Assembly (NCBI GenBank): GCA_977018835.1
Contig: OZ361258.1
Coordinates: 3,596,001 to 3,660,000, forward strand
Reading direction: 5' to 3'
DNA from: Minutocellus sp. GHC0000111
Taxonomy: Eukaryota
Length of the DNA stretch: 64,000 bases
Under the pieces are notes generated by a model. That model saw only the letters and a program-made list of their open reading frames with translations. It was not told where the DNA came from and did no database searches. Each line of letters starts with the position of its first letter. The first letter of the stretch is position 1. Made by a program: the position numbers and the translations under genes. Positions 1 through 11,579 of the stretch are shown here, piece by piece.

Positions 1-114
1 CCGCCGAATCCCAGTCTGCCGCCGGCTTCACCCGATGAGGAAGAGGAGTATGTGCGGCAAAAGGACCACCATTCGGGAGAAGTCGTCGGCGGAGTCGAGC
101 GGAGCACAATTTGA
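1..114 (+). CDS. 3' end of a gene entering from the left edge (hypothetical)
   Basis: Frame 1 is open from base 1: PPNPSLPPASPDEEEEYVRQKDHHSGEVVGGVERSTI*, with TGA at 112-114. Coding-like composition only. Confidence 0.35.
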   Translation, partial: PPNPSLPPASPDEEEEYVRQKDHHSGEVVGGVERSTI

Positions 115-1252
115 TACGGATACTGAGCCGCGTCGTTGGCGGCGCTGCATCTAGCGGTCGGCATGGTCGATGTGAAGTCGTACTGTATTTGTGCTGCAAT
201 CTGCGTGTTGGTGATTTCTCATGCACAATTATTGCAGCACGTTAGGTGCTCGTTTTTTTAATCGCGCTCCAAGCAAGGGAACTTTCAAATGATTTCCTCA
301 AAGCTGCTTGTATTGCATCGCCACCAAGCAGTTTACCATGACGATAATTCGCGATAATTCGCTACTACACGACGCCCTGTCAAGCAAGCAGGTGCCTGTG
401 CCATAAAATTGAGCGGTGCGCGCTGATACGAAGAGATTGGCACTTGCTCGCTTGGCCGGCAATTGTTGCTTTGGAGGGAGACGTTGCCTGGTCTGCTCAA
501 ATTTCACTGTGCCGCGCATGCGCGAGCCGGCTTTTTGCAATTCAAATGCTGTGCGAGGCTTGGCCGGCTCGCAAATAGGAACCCGGATGGCACAAACAAA
601 AATTGGCCATCTCTCAGCGGTTGTGTCAGAAGCATGCAGTTGAAACGAAAGGCCAGTCGGAGCTTTCGGACCTTGACAAATTCCGGGAACATTGGTTGAA
701 CCCTTTTCACTTCGAATTGCGATCTTTCGGACCTTGTTCTTTAGGAAGCATTGACAACCCCGGGAGCCAAAGCTCAGGAACAGTACCACATCAGACGCTC
801 GAGATCGTGCGGTTGTTTCAGATTCCGTCGTATTTTTTTTGCACCGGCGATGTTTTTAGGATGTTTTTTCTGCATCATTTCATCATCGTCGTCTCATAAG
901 AATTCCTAATAAAACGTATCATATGGGCTCAATTCTCTTCTATCATACACGTAGAGGAATTATGCAGTCGTTCTGTGTGCGAGTCGTTCTGTGTGCGGAT
1001 ATTTACGATTGCCGCCGAAACCAGACCAGATGTCTTTTTGCTTTGTTGGTGCCACGTCTTTGTGGCCTACATGTAGAGATCTACATGTAGGCCTACATCT
1101 CTGCTCGTTCGGTGCTCCAACTTTTCCATCATATTTTATTTTATTTTATTTCACTTCACTTCATTTCGTTTCTTCCTCGACCAAGCCAAGTCGATCTTTT
1201 GTTGACGAACCAAACGAACGCCACATCCCACAAAGCCACCTACGCCAAAACC

Positions 1253-2449
1253 ATGCTCCTATCTTCCTCCTCTCCCACGCGATCCAGCATCCTCGATGCG
1301 ATTCGCCGAGCTCGTCGCATCTCCAAGCTGTCTGTAGGCCACGACGAAAGCGGCAATCCGATCGATGCGGACCTTGTCTCCATCCAGACGATCGATTCCA
1401 TCCTTCGCCAGAAGACCAGGCGCATCACCGATATCGAGATCGAGCGAACTGCCTCAAAGACGTTCCTCCTTGACGAAGCAACTGGCCTCCTTGCATCTTC
1501 GACACCAGCAGTTCAGGATGAAAACCTGCCTGGTGCTCATCTCAGCATCGAATCCACGAAGCCGCCCTCGTCCACAAACACACACAATCCCATGAGCACT
1601 GCGTCTACTACAAGTGAGAGCAATCCTTCTACTGGTGCATGTATCCCCACCAGCGAGTCTAGCTTCGCCTTTGTCATTACCGACATCGAACCAATTAGTC
1701 TCAAGTCATCGATGAAGATTATTTCCCAGAAGGAATCTCTTCGCACGGCCTACCTGAGCAGATCGGACAGAATCACAAGGGACCAGCAGGTTATGATCGA
1801 GCGCGACGCTCTCTACGCCGAGCTGCGCGAGCTCATCCCCTCCACTCCTCGTCGACCTATCCGTCGAGGACGGCGCAGTCATTCTCGTCGTCAGGACACC
1901 GGCGAAGATACTTCAGAGCCCGCTGATCTAGCCGAGGAACGGATTGAGCTCATCAAGAAACAGGCACAAGCGCTCCACGTGCTTCATCCTGATGCCTTCT
2001 TCCACCGTCTTCGTTCTACTGACACTACCAAAAGAGCCCAAGCAAAGCGGGGCATTCGCTTTGGCAACGTCCAAGTTCGCACCTACAATACCATCCTTGG
2101 CGATCATCCGGTCGCCGCTGGTCCTTCCCTTTCGCTTGGGTGGTCCTGCAAGAACGATATCTTCCTACAGCTCGAAGATTATGAGTCAACCAAACGTCTG
2201 TACAGAGAAAAAGAGGACGAAACCATCAGTCCCGTGGCCCTTGACGCCATGGAGAGGGAGTCCCTCCTCAGAAATATCGGCTACAGTCTTCCCCAACTTC
2301 TTGAATCCGAATTGTCCAAGATGATCATCCAGTCACAGAGGGAGGAGACTGTCGCCAATCTCAAAAATGAAAATCTTAAGAGCGTCAAATCCTACATTGA
2401 CGATGCCAAGGGAAATAGATCTACTAGCAAGGTCTCCAAGGCTGCCTAG
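1253..2449 (+). CDS. Hypothetical protein with diatom-type RFGNVQVRTY...LGDHP...GPSLSLGW motif (contains an RVxF-like element)
   Basis: ATG at 1253 follows a pyrimidine/CA-rich leader. The motif resembles one recurrent in diatom hypothetical proteins (recalled, not searched). The TAG at 2447-2449 is in frame with the next ORF. Confidence 0.7.
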   Translation: MLLSSSSPTRSSILDAIRRARRISKLSVGHDESGNPIDADLVSIQTIDSILRQKTRRITDIEIERTASKTFLLDEATGLLASSTPAVQDENLPGAHLSIESTKPPSSTNTHNPMSTASTTSESNPSTGACIPTSESSFAFVITDIEPISLKSSMKIISQKESLRTAYLSRSDRITRDQQVMIERDALYAELRELIPSTPRRPIRRGRRSHSRRQDTGEDTSEPADLAEERIELIKKQAQALHVLHPDAFFHRLRSTDTTKRAQAKRGIRFGNVQVRTYNTILGDHPVAAGPSLSLGWSCKNDIFLQLEDYESTKRLYREKEDETISPVALDAMERESLLRNIGYSLPQLLESELSKMIIQSQREETVANLKNENLKSVKSYIDDAKGNRSTSKVSKAA

Positions 2450-2509
2450 CAAGGCCAACAATCCATTCCCGCCCCCTCCTCTGCCCCACCGACAGCGGCG
2501 GTAGCGCCA

Positions 2510-3403
2510 ATGCGCCCGGTCGATCTCCTCTTTGGTCAGCCAGAGCCACCCTCGGCCAGTGCCGTCGACCGAACGAAACCAGCGACGCAGCACATGAGTC
2601 TCCTCAACGGAGTGCCGGTTGCTCGACCGGCGTCGGTCGTGCTCGAGGGGGAGGCGGCTCATAATTATCGAGCTCAGGTTGGTGGCGTTGGTGGCAATGG
2701 GCAGAAGAATGCAGATAACATGGGCATTGCTGTGGGGAATGGTCCAAAGAGCGGTATCGGCGCTGATCGGCCAGCCGTCGGCACAGCACCCTCGCTCGCC
2801 GGCATGTCCAAGATACGACCCACTGCCGGCGCCTCTACCACTGCAGCACCTGCAGCCAATACTCATACCAGCACAGCACGACCCAGACGGATAGTCGTAC
2901 CCCAACGCGCAATCCAGGGAGGGCTCGACACCAAGTTCGAGACCGACCCGTACGGTCTCCAACTCCACGGCCTCCTCACCGCCCAGCAATACACGGAAGC
3001 CATATCGGCCATCAACCACACCATCAACCCCGCTCGGGCCAACGGGGTCGATACAGCTCTGCTAGTCACCGGCCCAATATTGGTACCATTGGCAGTTTGG
3101 GGTGTGCGGCATAAGAGTCAGGTGAAGAAGCGAAAGAAGCTGTTGAAGAGGGCGATTGAGGAGTTTCATCGAGCGTACCCACAATTGCTGATGAGGTGGA
3201 ATCGTCGTCCGGCCAGCTGTTTGACTATCGAAAGGAGGATGGTGGAGGTCCATGGGCCGGCGCTGGGGATGGAGGAGTTTGTTGGTGGGGGTAAAGGTGG
3301 TGGAGCAAGTGGCATGGCGGGAGTAATTGGTAGTGGTGTGCAGCAACCAATGATGATGATGGGTGAATATGCTGGGGCTGGAGAGGAGGATGCCTTCGTA
3401 TAA
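2510..3403 (+). CDS. Golgin A7/ERF4-domain protein (DHHC palmitoyltransferase accessory-subunit-like)
   Basis: IVVPQRAIQGGLDTKFETDPYGLQLHGLLTAQQYTEAISAINHTI, then a hydrophobic segment, a basic helix and LLMRW. This fits the ERF4 domain layout. The true start may lie further upstream. Confidence 0.7.
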   Translation: MRPVDLLFGQPEPPSASAVDRTKPATQHMSLLNGVPVARPASVVLEGEAAHNYRAQVGGVGGNGQKNADNMGIAVGNGPKSGIGADRPAVGTAPSLAGMSKIRPTAGASTTAAPAANTHTSTARPRRIVVPQRAIQGGLDTKFETDPYGLQLHGLLTAQQYTEAISAINHTINPARANGVDTALLVTGPILVPLAVWGVRHKSQVKKRKKLLKRAIEEFHRAYPQLLMRWNRRPASCLTIERRMVEVHGPALGMEEFVGGGKGGGASGMAGVIGSGVQQPMMMMGEYAGAGEEDAFV

Positions 3404-3574
3404 GAGGTCTTCTGCCGCCCTTGCCCATCTGATGTTGCGCAGTGCCAAATCAGATAGAATATGACAGTAGAGCCAAGTCGTACTAGCTAGCTGGTACTCA
3501 TTCAATTTAGGTTCAGGCAAGGCTTTAAAATTACAGTATGATGTTTATGGTATTTTTTCTTGTTGCGTACAATT

Positions 3575-3760
3575 GACATGGCTGGAAGTGGTGGACAGCA
3601 ACCAACGATGATGATTAGTGAATACGTCGGAGCTGGTAAAGAGGATGCGTTCGTATAGATCTCGTCCCGCCATGCACGCATTGCATGCCTACAAATAGCC
3701 AAGACCAATGAGCTCTAAAAAGATCTTCTTTGGGTCAGACAAGGCTTGAACGTTATTTTG
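3575..3760 (+). repeat. Degenerate second copy of the ERF4-like gene's last codons and 3' flank
   Basis: Translates as MAGSGGQQPTMMISEYVGAGKEDAFV*, versus MAGVIGSGVQQPMMMMGEYAGAGEEDAFV* at ~3314-3403. The downstream UTR is also similar (tcaggcaaggcttt vs tcagacaaggcttg). Confidence 0.8.
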
Positions 3761-3952
3761 TTTTTCTTTCTTTGTGAGATAACATTATGTAGGACTCCAA
3801 CGGGGGTATTGATTCAAAGCTAAGTTCAGAATTCATTTTATCTCCGCGACTACAAAGTCAAGCAATACAATATCCGCTCAATGCCCATGCAATGATTTCT
3901 CCAAATTGGTAAAATTCCTCTTTTCTTGATCGATTTCGAAAGATTCCTCATT

Positions 3953-6900
3953 TCAATACTTTGGACGATCCGATACCATTTTGGCGTTCAACGCAACGAC
4001 GGAAGCGGGGCTGAATCGAATTTCGGGGATGCTCTTGAGGGCGGGCTGAGTTGGCCGAGCCGAGCGAGCATGATGACTATTACGATGGCTCTTAGACCCA
4101 CTATTGGTTGAGACGTGGTGCTTTGGACCAGTATAGTTTTGGTCTGGGTGGATGGAGCGAGGACAGGTGCTGCCACGACACCCACTGAGGCTCTTGGTCC
4201 ATGTAGTAGAGACAGTGACTTGGGTTTCGCCGCTACTGACGGATTTTGTTTCAGAAGAGACAGGGTGGCCGGGGGGCTTGGGTGTTTCGTGAAAGGAAAT
4301 GAAGGTAAAGGCGCCAACTGTGACAACGATAATACTAGCTGCAATACAGCCAGAGGCTGCGGCGCTGAGACGCTCTTTCTTCGGTATTTGCACGCTAAAG
4401 ACAACTCGAAAACTTTGGTCCTCTTGGAATAAATCCTCTCCTTCAAGTTGTCGTCTCCTCAAGCTGTCCAAAACAAATGTTCCCTCAATGGACATTGAGA
4501 TTACATTGCCAGTAAAGGTAGCGAGAAATTCAGGGTTTAGGTGAATCGAGCAATCTGCTCCTGATGATGTAATGACAAAAGTGGGATTCAGGTAATTTCC
4601 AGACACATCCAGCCCATCCTCAAAGAGAGGGTACTCGGTTCCTCCTGGTGATGGTGCGACGAGATGACTATCAAACGTATTTGAGTCGATAGTTGTTCCC
4701 GGAGGCACAGTGATCTGGAACTGCGGAGTATCACCTGGGCCATAACTAATTGGACCAGTGACTGGGTCGCCGCTCTCGTCAACAATGCTCCCGCCTACAG
4801 TATTGGTCTTCGTCAATGTCTCTGTATGAATGGAATCGCTATCAACGCTGAAGTTGATGCCAAAGCTCATGTCTACATTGAGCGCAATTACCACTCTGAC
4901 AAGTTTCTGGTCGATGACAGCGTTAGCAGCGTCCTTGAGAATAAATTCACAACAAATTGTGTGAGACGAGATGTTGGGATTCGTCTGAAAATGATCGTAC
5001 AATTCATCGAGGTGAAGATCAACTTGCAAGTCACTTCCGGCATTGTAGGAAGGTTTGCTGCCTGTCTGGCTCTCGGCAACACCATTAGATGATGCTAGGA
5101 CGAGGTTACTTGTGGTGATTGCCGAACAATCGCTCTCCCGTATTTCCCATTCAATGGTACCGTCCGTACCTGCATTGAGAGTGAACTGGGCTTGATTACC
5201 TAGAGTGCCTTCATGAAGTTCAACCGTGTTGAAGCCATTCATAGCAACAGAACTACCGGTGATCACGATGTTGTCCAAGATGTTGTATTTTGAATCACCG
5301 AGTCCTATTCCTAAAGCTGCCGATCCTTGTTCGAACTTGTACAACAGAGCGACCTCGCCATTCGTCGATCCATTGGTGCTGAGAGAGCATGCATAATGAC
5401 CCCATTCGATGTCATAAGGCGGCCGGGGGTCGGGTCCAACCCCTTCCCAGAAATTAGCCCCATGGACTCTATTATTTTCGCCATGGATAATACACTCATC
5501 AAGGGGATTCACATTGGTCCAGTCAAATGGCGCTCCCTGCCATTCTGCGAGCACTATGTGTAGAATCTGTTGATACAATTGCCCTGAATTGAACACAAGT
5601 GCAGTAGTTGTGCACTCATCTGGTGGTATGGCCCCCAGAGCTATATCTTGCTCGGCACGTAGGAAGTTAGATCCACTGGCATCAAAATGGATAAGGAATT
5701 CATCATCTTTCGGAGTGCCATTCGCTGGTGTATAGCCTTGAGTGAACATGCCGAGAGCATGATGCCCGCTGACGGATGTGGCATCTTGTGCGAAAATGCG
5801 AACGTTTTGCGTTTCGTCATTATCCAGTATGCCATTCATTACCAAGATTTCTGTTGTGATCTCGGTAGCTGGTGATGTGTCAGCAGGCTTTTCTTCAAAT
5901 GATATTGAGGTCGAATCATAGTAATAACCGATACCTTCCCCAGCCGGTGCAAAAAAAGCCGCACCATTACAGCTTGGAGTAGGTGGTGTCTCATTAGGTG
6001 TCTCAAAATCAATATTAAAGAGCTCTGTGCCGACTTGATTTGAAGTGGAGGTCTCCTGGTAGCTGCAAATGCTATTGGTACACACCGGCTCTGTCAAAAA
6101 GCCATAGTCTTGTGCATTGGGGCACTGAAGGCCGCACGCGCCGCAATTCTCTACGTCAGCTGAAATATGATGAAAAGAAAGAAGAGTCAGAAGCATGTAG
6201 AGCATTGCGTATTCAAATCGCCAATCCAAGTACACATCACATACATTGACGCGTTTTGCAGCCAGGGAAAGGCGTCTCGGCACAATACGCGTCGCTACAG
6301 AGAATTCCACTACACTGGCAGCCACCTGCCCAACCACTCCATGCTGCATTAACCCATGGGGAAGGCGCAGACTCATTATCGGTAGAAATGTCGGAAGTTT
6401 GGGAATTGGTAGATATCGTAGCTCTCAACCGATCGCCAATGATACATGGTATAATGAATGATCTTGAGACCCCATCCACCGCGCCAGCAGTACCAATGGC
6501 CGTAAGAACCAAATGTTCCAGGCGTCGTTGTGTTGACTCTGTTGAAAATATTTCAATAAAATAATCTTCTTCGGCAGGGAAAGTGTCCGAAAACACTGTA
6601 ACCTGAACCCCTCCTCCGTTTGATGGGTCCCCGTTGTGAGGATTGCACTGCAACGGTAAGATTCCTGCTCGGACATAACCTTGCGCTACTGGATCAGTCA
6701 CGATAATCGGTGGATCAGGATCGTTTATGCTTGCGTCATGGAAGATCTCGTCATCGCCGAGCACCTGAGTCTCAGATATGACAACGGACGCTGAATCCTC
6801 AACATAGATTCCTTTGAACGTGCAGTCGATTTTGTTGCGAAAAAGAGAATTGCTGTATGCAGCAACACCTTTTATTTGAATGCAGTTGTCGGAGCTGTCA

Positions 6901-7934
6901 ATTTCGTTGAAGTTGAACTTGTTATTGGAAGAGAGCATCGCAACAGCGAAATTAAAGGGATTATCGGCAGTGATCGGGTCAAATCCCATGAAATGATTGT
7001 GGGATATCTGCGTGCGCGATGCTTCAATCTTGACGGGGACACGATCATGATTCATTCCTCGGTAGATCAACTTGTGGGCACTGCTTTGGATGTCCAGGAT
7101 AGGGGCAGCCGTAGCTGGGGAGGTATTTCCGTCAAGAGTAATGATTGACGATACCTCGCCAATACCAGCGCTGCAAGTTGGATCCGCACTGGCATCAATA
7201 ACAAGATTAGGTTTGGAAATAACGAGATTGCTCAGAAGGGAGATCGTGTTGCCGCCGACGAGTGGGCAAGCAAATTTGATCACACGGTAGTTGTCCGTCA
7301 ATGGGTCGATGGAAGCAACGCCATTGTGATTTTCTTCTATGAATTTTCGAAGCGATGTGCTGTAATTTATCAGATCGCTCGGATTATCAGTGCTGGACGT
7401 AACTGTGAAAGTTTCCAGGACATTGAGGCGGCGCCCCTCCACAATGATGCTTTGATTGCCACGAGTGGAACTTTGGACCGGGACATGAACTTCAGCTTGG
7501 CGTTTAACCTTACTCTCGTCAAAGCCTGGCAAGCTACCACCGCGAAGGAGGTGATGGGTCAGCTCGTCCGGTTTGTCAGGGGCAGTGCCGTGGGAAGCGG
7601 TGTGGCGGAGATGTTCATGATGGTCGATGAACGAGCCGGCGAAGCTGCTGGCATGCCCGTCGAGACGACGATCGATATGCATAGGCTTGACGTGCTGGTG
7701 TAGGCTGTTCGTCATCGGGCTGGGGCTTTGAAGGCTGCTGAGCGCAGATGGGCTGCTCAGGACGGTATCATCATCGGCTGGGTCGTTCTTTTTCCGGGTC
7801 TGGATACTTGCTGGGTCAAAAGTGGCTTGGTCCTGCACATCAATCTGGAAGGAATCGTCGCTACTGGTGGCGATCGCCTCCTTCGACGATGAGAGCAAGA
7901 CGGCCAGGAGGAGGCCGAGGCGTGAGAGGTTCAT
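3953..7934 (-). CDS. ~1,300-aa secreted/membrane-anchored modular protein (signal peptide, beta-helix-like region, Cys-rich module, C-terminal hydrophobic helix); 1 intron
   Basis: ATG at 7934, MNLSRLGLLLAVLLSSSKEAIA. Intron 6160-6244 (GTATGT...TTTCAG, phase 1) joins KTRQ-S-DVENCGACG. RRL motifs: DRRLD, GRRLN, QRRLE, RRRQLE. Hydrophobic segment GCIAASIIVVTVGAFTFISF. Confidence 0.75.
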
Positions 7935-8686
7935 GGTTGAGATACTGGAACAGTATTTCTTTGATATCTGCGCTTTGGTTGGGTTCGTTTGGTATATTGC
8001 TGGTTGCTGGTGTTGTTTGCTATTCGATGTTTGCTTTGTAGGCCGAGATGAGTTTGATTCAAAATCAGAGGAAATTTTCAAGAGATGGTGATGGGGAAGA
8101 GTTTTCGCCCATGGACCGGCCAAACCCCTCCGACCATCTCAAACCAAGCAACGCGCTGGCGTTGGACAGCGAAAAAATGCTTCATCTGCAATGTCACATG
8201 TTCCTCGAGATATTGTGAAGGGGAAACAGATGGCGTGCTGCTCTTGGAAATCATTTGCCAGGAGTTGAATTTTCACTCCCGTGCAATGCGAAGCTTCGAG
8301 GCTCTTTCTCCAGCTGCTCGCCGCAGCGTATCTTGTGCCTAAAAAAGACACATGATGTGGACATCGCTCAAATTACTTGTAATTCGACATGAAACGTTAA
8401 CCGCAATGCAATGAACACGGGGCAACCGCGCTACCCGGTGCCGACGGTACCCAAGCCACAACCATTTTGTTGAGTGTGGCGAGGCGCGAGGAGGCGGTGG
8501 TCCTGCTTGCCCGTACCAAAGTCGTACCTCAAAACGCGCAAAATGACGAAGCAAAGTCAAAGATCAAAGACCGCCCCGGCCGTTTGTGGCGGCGGCGGGG
8601 CCTTGACTTGCTTGGGAATGATTACTCGAGTTACTCTAGCTAGTAGTAGGAATGATGATTTTGGCGGGATAGAGAGGATGTCATAT

Positions 8687-9775
8687 CTACTCCGTCGACA
8701 CGGTATCTGTAGCACTCTTTACGCTATCTGATATATTCCTGGCAGCGCCCTTGACCGCTCCATCCACTGCGCCCATCGCACTATCGACACCAGTATCCAC
8801 GGCACTCTTGATGCTGCTCTTGGCACTACTGATACTGGAATCAACAGCTCCAACCACATTGTCCTTTGCAGCATTGATCGGACTGACGATATTGGCATCG
8901 ACGGCACTATTGATCGAGTCAGTGGCGCTCTTGATACTGGAGTCTACCGCACTGGCCACGCTCTCCTTGGCGGTATTGATCGGAGCCACCACATTGGCAT
9001 CGATGGCCGATCCAACCGCTTCCTTGGCACTATCGGTCGCCTCTCTCAGTGGACTCACAATAGTTGTATCCACGGCACTTCCAACGCTATCCGTGGCGGT
9101 CTTGATGGTGGAATCCACCGCATCCACCATCGGTGCAACGTACGGTGCCGCCGTCTTGCTAAGTTGCTCGCTGGCATCCTGCAGTACCGGGGTGGCCACC
9201 TCCCCCACCTGCCGTGCGGCTGTTTCGACGTATGGCGCAGCCGATTTACCGGCCGATACCACGCCCTTGCCCACAGCAGGGAGGAGCTTTGCAAACAAGC
9301 CTAGCATGCCCATGAAGATGCTACCAAAGAATGAGAATAGGTTGGCAAATTCACGACCAATCTCATCAACGAGGGCGGAGAATGCCGATGTAGTCAGCGC
9401 CATGGTGGTGCTGAGCGCGAACGAGGCAATGTTGAACAGGACGAATCCACCAACTGCCACTGCCGATACCTTTGCCATGAATTCTTTCATATCATCGACA
9501 GTGTCTTCATCTTTGCCCGTTGATGCTGATGGAGACGATGACCCCAGGTTCTCATTGTCCAAGTCATTGCCGTTGCTACTTATCCGCAACGGTGCATAAC
9601 CGGCACGAGTTGTGTCGGTCGGTCTGCTGCTGATCGTCGAGGGACACTGTCGTTGCTGGATGCTTGCATGTCGATATAGTGAAATGCCAATCCGAGGAAT
9701 GGTGAACGGCACGGCCCTTTGGGGCAGTAGGATCAGCAGTACTGGCAAGATGCGGCGGTTCGTCTTCATCATCAT
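8687..9775 (-). CDS. Probable plastid-targeted protein with LEA/apolipoprotein-like amphipathic repeats
   Basis: MMMKTNRRILPVLLILLPQRAVP-F signal plus Ser/Arg-rich transit peptide. Two hydrophobic segments are followed by repeats such as SAVDSSIKSATDSINSAVDANIVSPINAAKD. Confidence 0.7.
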   Translation of the reverse strand: MMMKTNRRILPVLLILLPQRAVPFTIPRIGISLYRHASIQQRQCPSTISSRPTDTTRAGYAPLRISSNGNDLDNENLGSSSPSASTGKDEDTVDDMKEFMAKVSAVAVGGFVLFNIASFALSTTMALTTSAFSALVDEIGREFANLFSFFGSIFMGMLGLFAKLLPAVGKGVVSAGKSAAPYVETAARQVGEVATPVLQDASEQLSKTAAPYVAPMVDAVDSTIKTATDSVGSAVDTTIVSPLREATDSAKEAVGSAIDANVVAPINTAKESVASAVDSSIKSATDSINSAVDANIVSPINAAKDNVVGAVDSSISSAKSSIKSAVDTGVDSAMGAVDGAVKGAARNISDSVKSATDTVSTE

Positions 9776-9974
9776 TGTTCCTGTCAAAATAAATGGAAAA
9801 ATGTTCTCAAGATACGGGCAACATCCGGGTTTCCAAAAGAGTACAAAACACCTGAGCCTGTGGATAGGGTCTTTTGGCTCCCGTGCCAAATGACCTTTTG
9901 ACTTTTTGCCAACTTGCCAACCTCCTGGCGCTACAATGGAGTGAAACTGCTTGCAGCAACGAACAATAGCAACA

Positions 9975-11476
9975 ATGGGGACCGAACAGACGACCGACGC
10001 CAGCTGGAAGGCGCTCGAGCAGCGCGTCAGGGCGCACCAGGAGTCCGTGGAAGCGGCCGCCGAGGCGGGAGAGGGAAGTGCGGCAGCTGGAATTCGTTCC
10101 AGCACGTCCAAGGAATTCGATACGCAGGTGGAATTGATGCACCAAAAGGTCATGGGATCGTCATCGGGGGGCAACACCAGCAATACGGCGCTGTCGGACT
10201 TATCCACCACAACCAAAGGTGACAAGGCGGCCAACTTCACCCGCCGATGGCTGATCAAGCGATGTCTGGTAGGACTACTGGCCTTCACCATGCTGGCATT
10301 CATGTGCTTCGGGATAGTCATATTCGCGCTGGATCTGCGGTCACAGCGTCAATACGGCAGCCAGACCAAGCCGGCGGGTCAGGATCCGCGGCACGACAAG
10401 TTCGACGGCACGTACAGCGCAAGCGCCAGTCCGAAGCGACCCACTTCGGTACTGGCTGGTCTACGCAACAGTCTCGGTCTCACGAGTGACCAAGATACCT
10501 TTGAAGCTGAGCACGAACACCTCGCCATCTATGACCTGCTGTACAACGTCGTCCCACCGACCGAACCGTTCGATCCGGCCACCCAAATACCCTTTATGTG
10601 GAGTCCCGGTGCTCCCAACTTTATTGCTGACGAGATGCTCAAGCGTTTCCCATTGACGCAGGCGGCATGGGTGGTAAGTCGAGTCGGCAGACGGCATGAG
10701 GGGGCACCTGACGCCGACTTTCAGATATTGCCCGGCAAGCCCGATGAAAAAGGATCCTATTTGGATGTCGTTATGTCCACCCTCCACGGCCTCCAGCGCG
10801 CCAAAGACTTTTTCCTGTTCGATCGTCATCTAGCCGACTACGTCGCCTCGCCCTTTTTACCCGAAGTCCTCGAGATGTTCCCCGAAAGTCACAAGGGACG
10901 CATCTTCACCATGCTGATGGATCCCATCGCCCGCGTCAAGGCCAGCTACAATCACTTGAGTCAGAACAGCTACATCACGGGAAGTCTGTTGGAATTTGCC
11001 AGCAGCAACCATTTGTTGGCCAATGACTACACGGTACGGACGTTGACGGGCAAGTGGGACGTCAACGTCCCCCTGGGACCCGGGGACGTCAACTCCGCCC
11101 TCGAGGTGTTGCGGACCAAATTCCACGTCGGTGTGATGAGATACTACAAGGAGTGGATGGTATCTCTAATTCAAACCTTTGGTTGGGGTGGGATGGACGC
11201 CTACAGCTGTCTATGGCGGAGGAGGAGCGGGACGTCCCCCCACCGCCGCCGCCGGATCAGCTCGAGATACAGATTCGAACGTTTATCGAGAAACACAATC
11301 GCTACGACAAGATGCTGTTGTTGGCGGTGTCGAGTCAGTGGGAGCATTACAGTGGGGGGGCGAATACGCCTGCGGAGTTGGGGTACAATGAGCAGGTGCA
11401 GGAGCAGGCCAGGGAGCAGGAGGCGGCGCGACAGCAACAAAGTCAGCAGGCAGCTGGGCCTGGGGCGACGGCATGA
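9975..11476 (+). pseudogene. Type II membrane sulfotransferase-like protein, frameshifted near 11212
   Basis: N-terminal TM, then IPFMW... and GRIFTMLMDPIARVKASYNHL (variant of the 3'-PAPS-binding RxPxxRxxS motif). The natural ending FIEKHNRYDKMLL lies in a different frame (ORF 11054-11476). Confidence 0.65.
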
Positions 11477-11579
11477 TCTCGTGTGTAGCGATAGCATCTT
11501 TCGTACACACTATACTATTACATACGACTTTAAGCACCAGTTCTATATATTTCGAGCCGAATTAGGAATTTATTTACCT

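Noticed and set aside
240..960. Non-coding stretch with a transposon-like look and short ORFs
   Set aside because: No TIR pair, TSD or protein motif could be established by eye.
966..997. 16-bp tandem duplicate agtcgttctgtgtgcg x2
   Set aside because: Two adjacent units with no spacers; ordinary slippage, not a CRISPR array.
8751..9599. Long antisense ORFs (also 16565-17449, 32249-33541, 34694-36010)
   Set aside because: Shadows of GC-rich or repetitive sense-strand coding sequence with no independent motifs.
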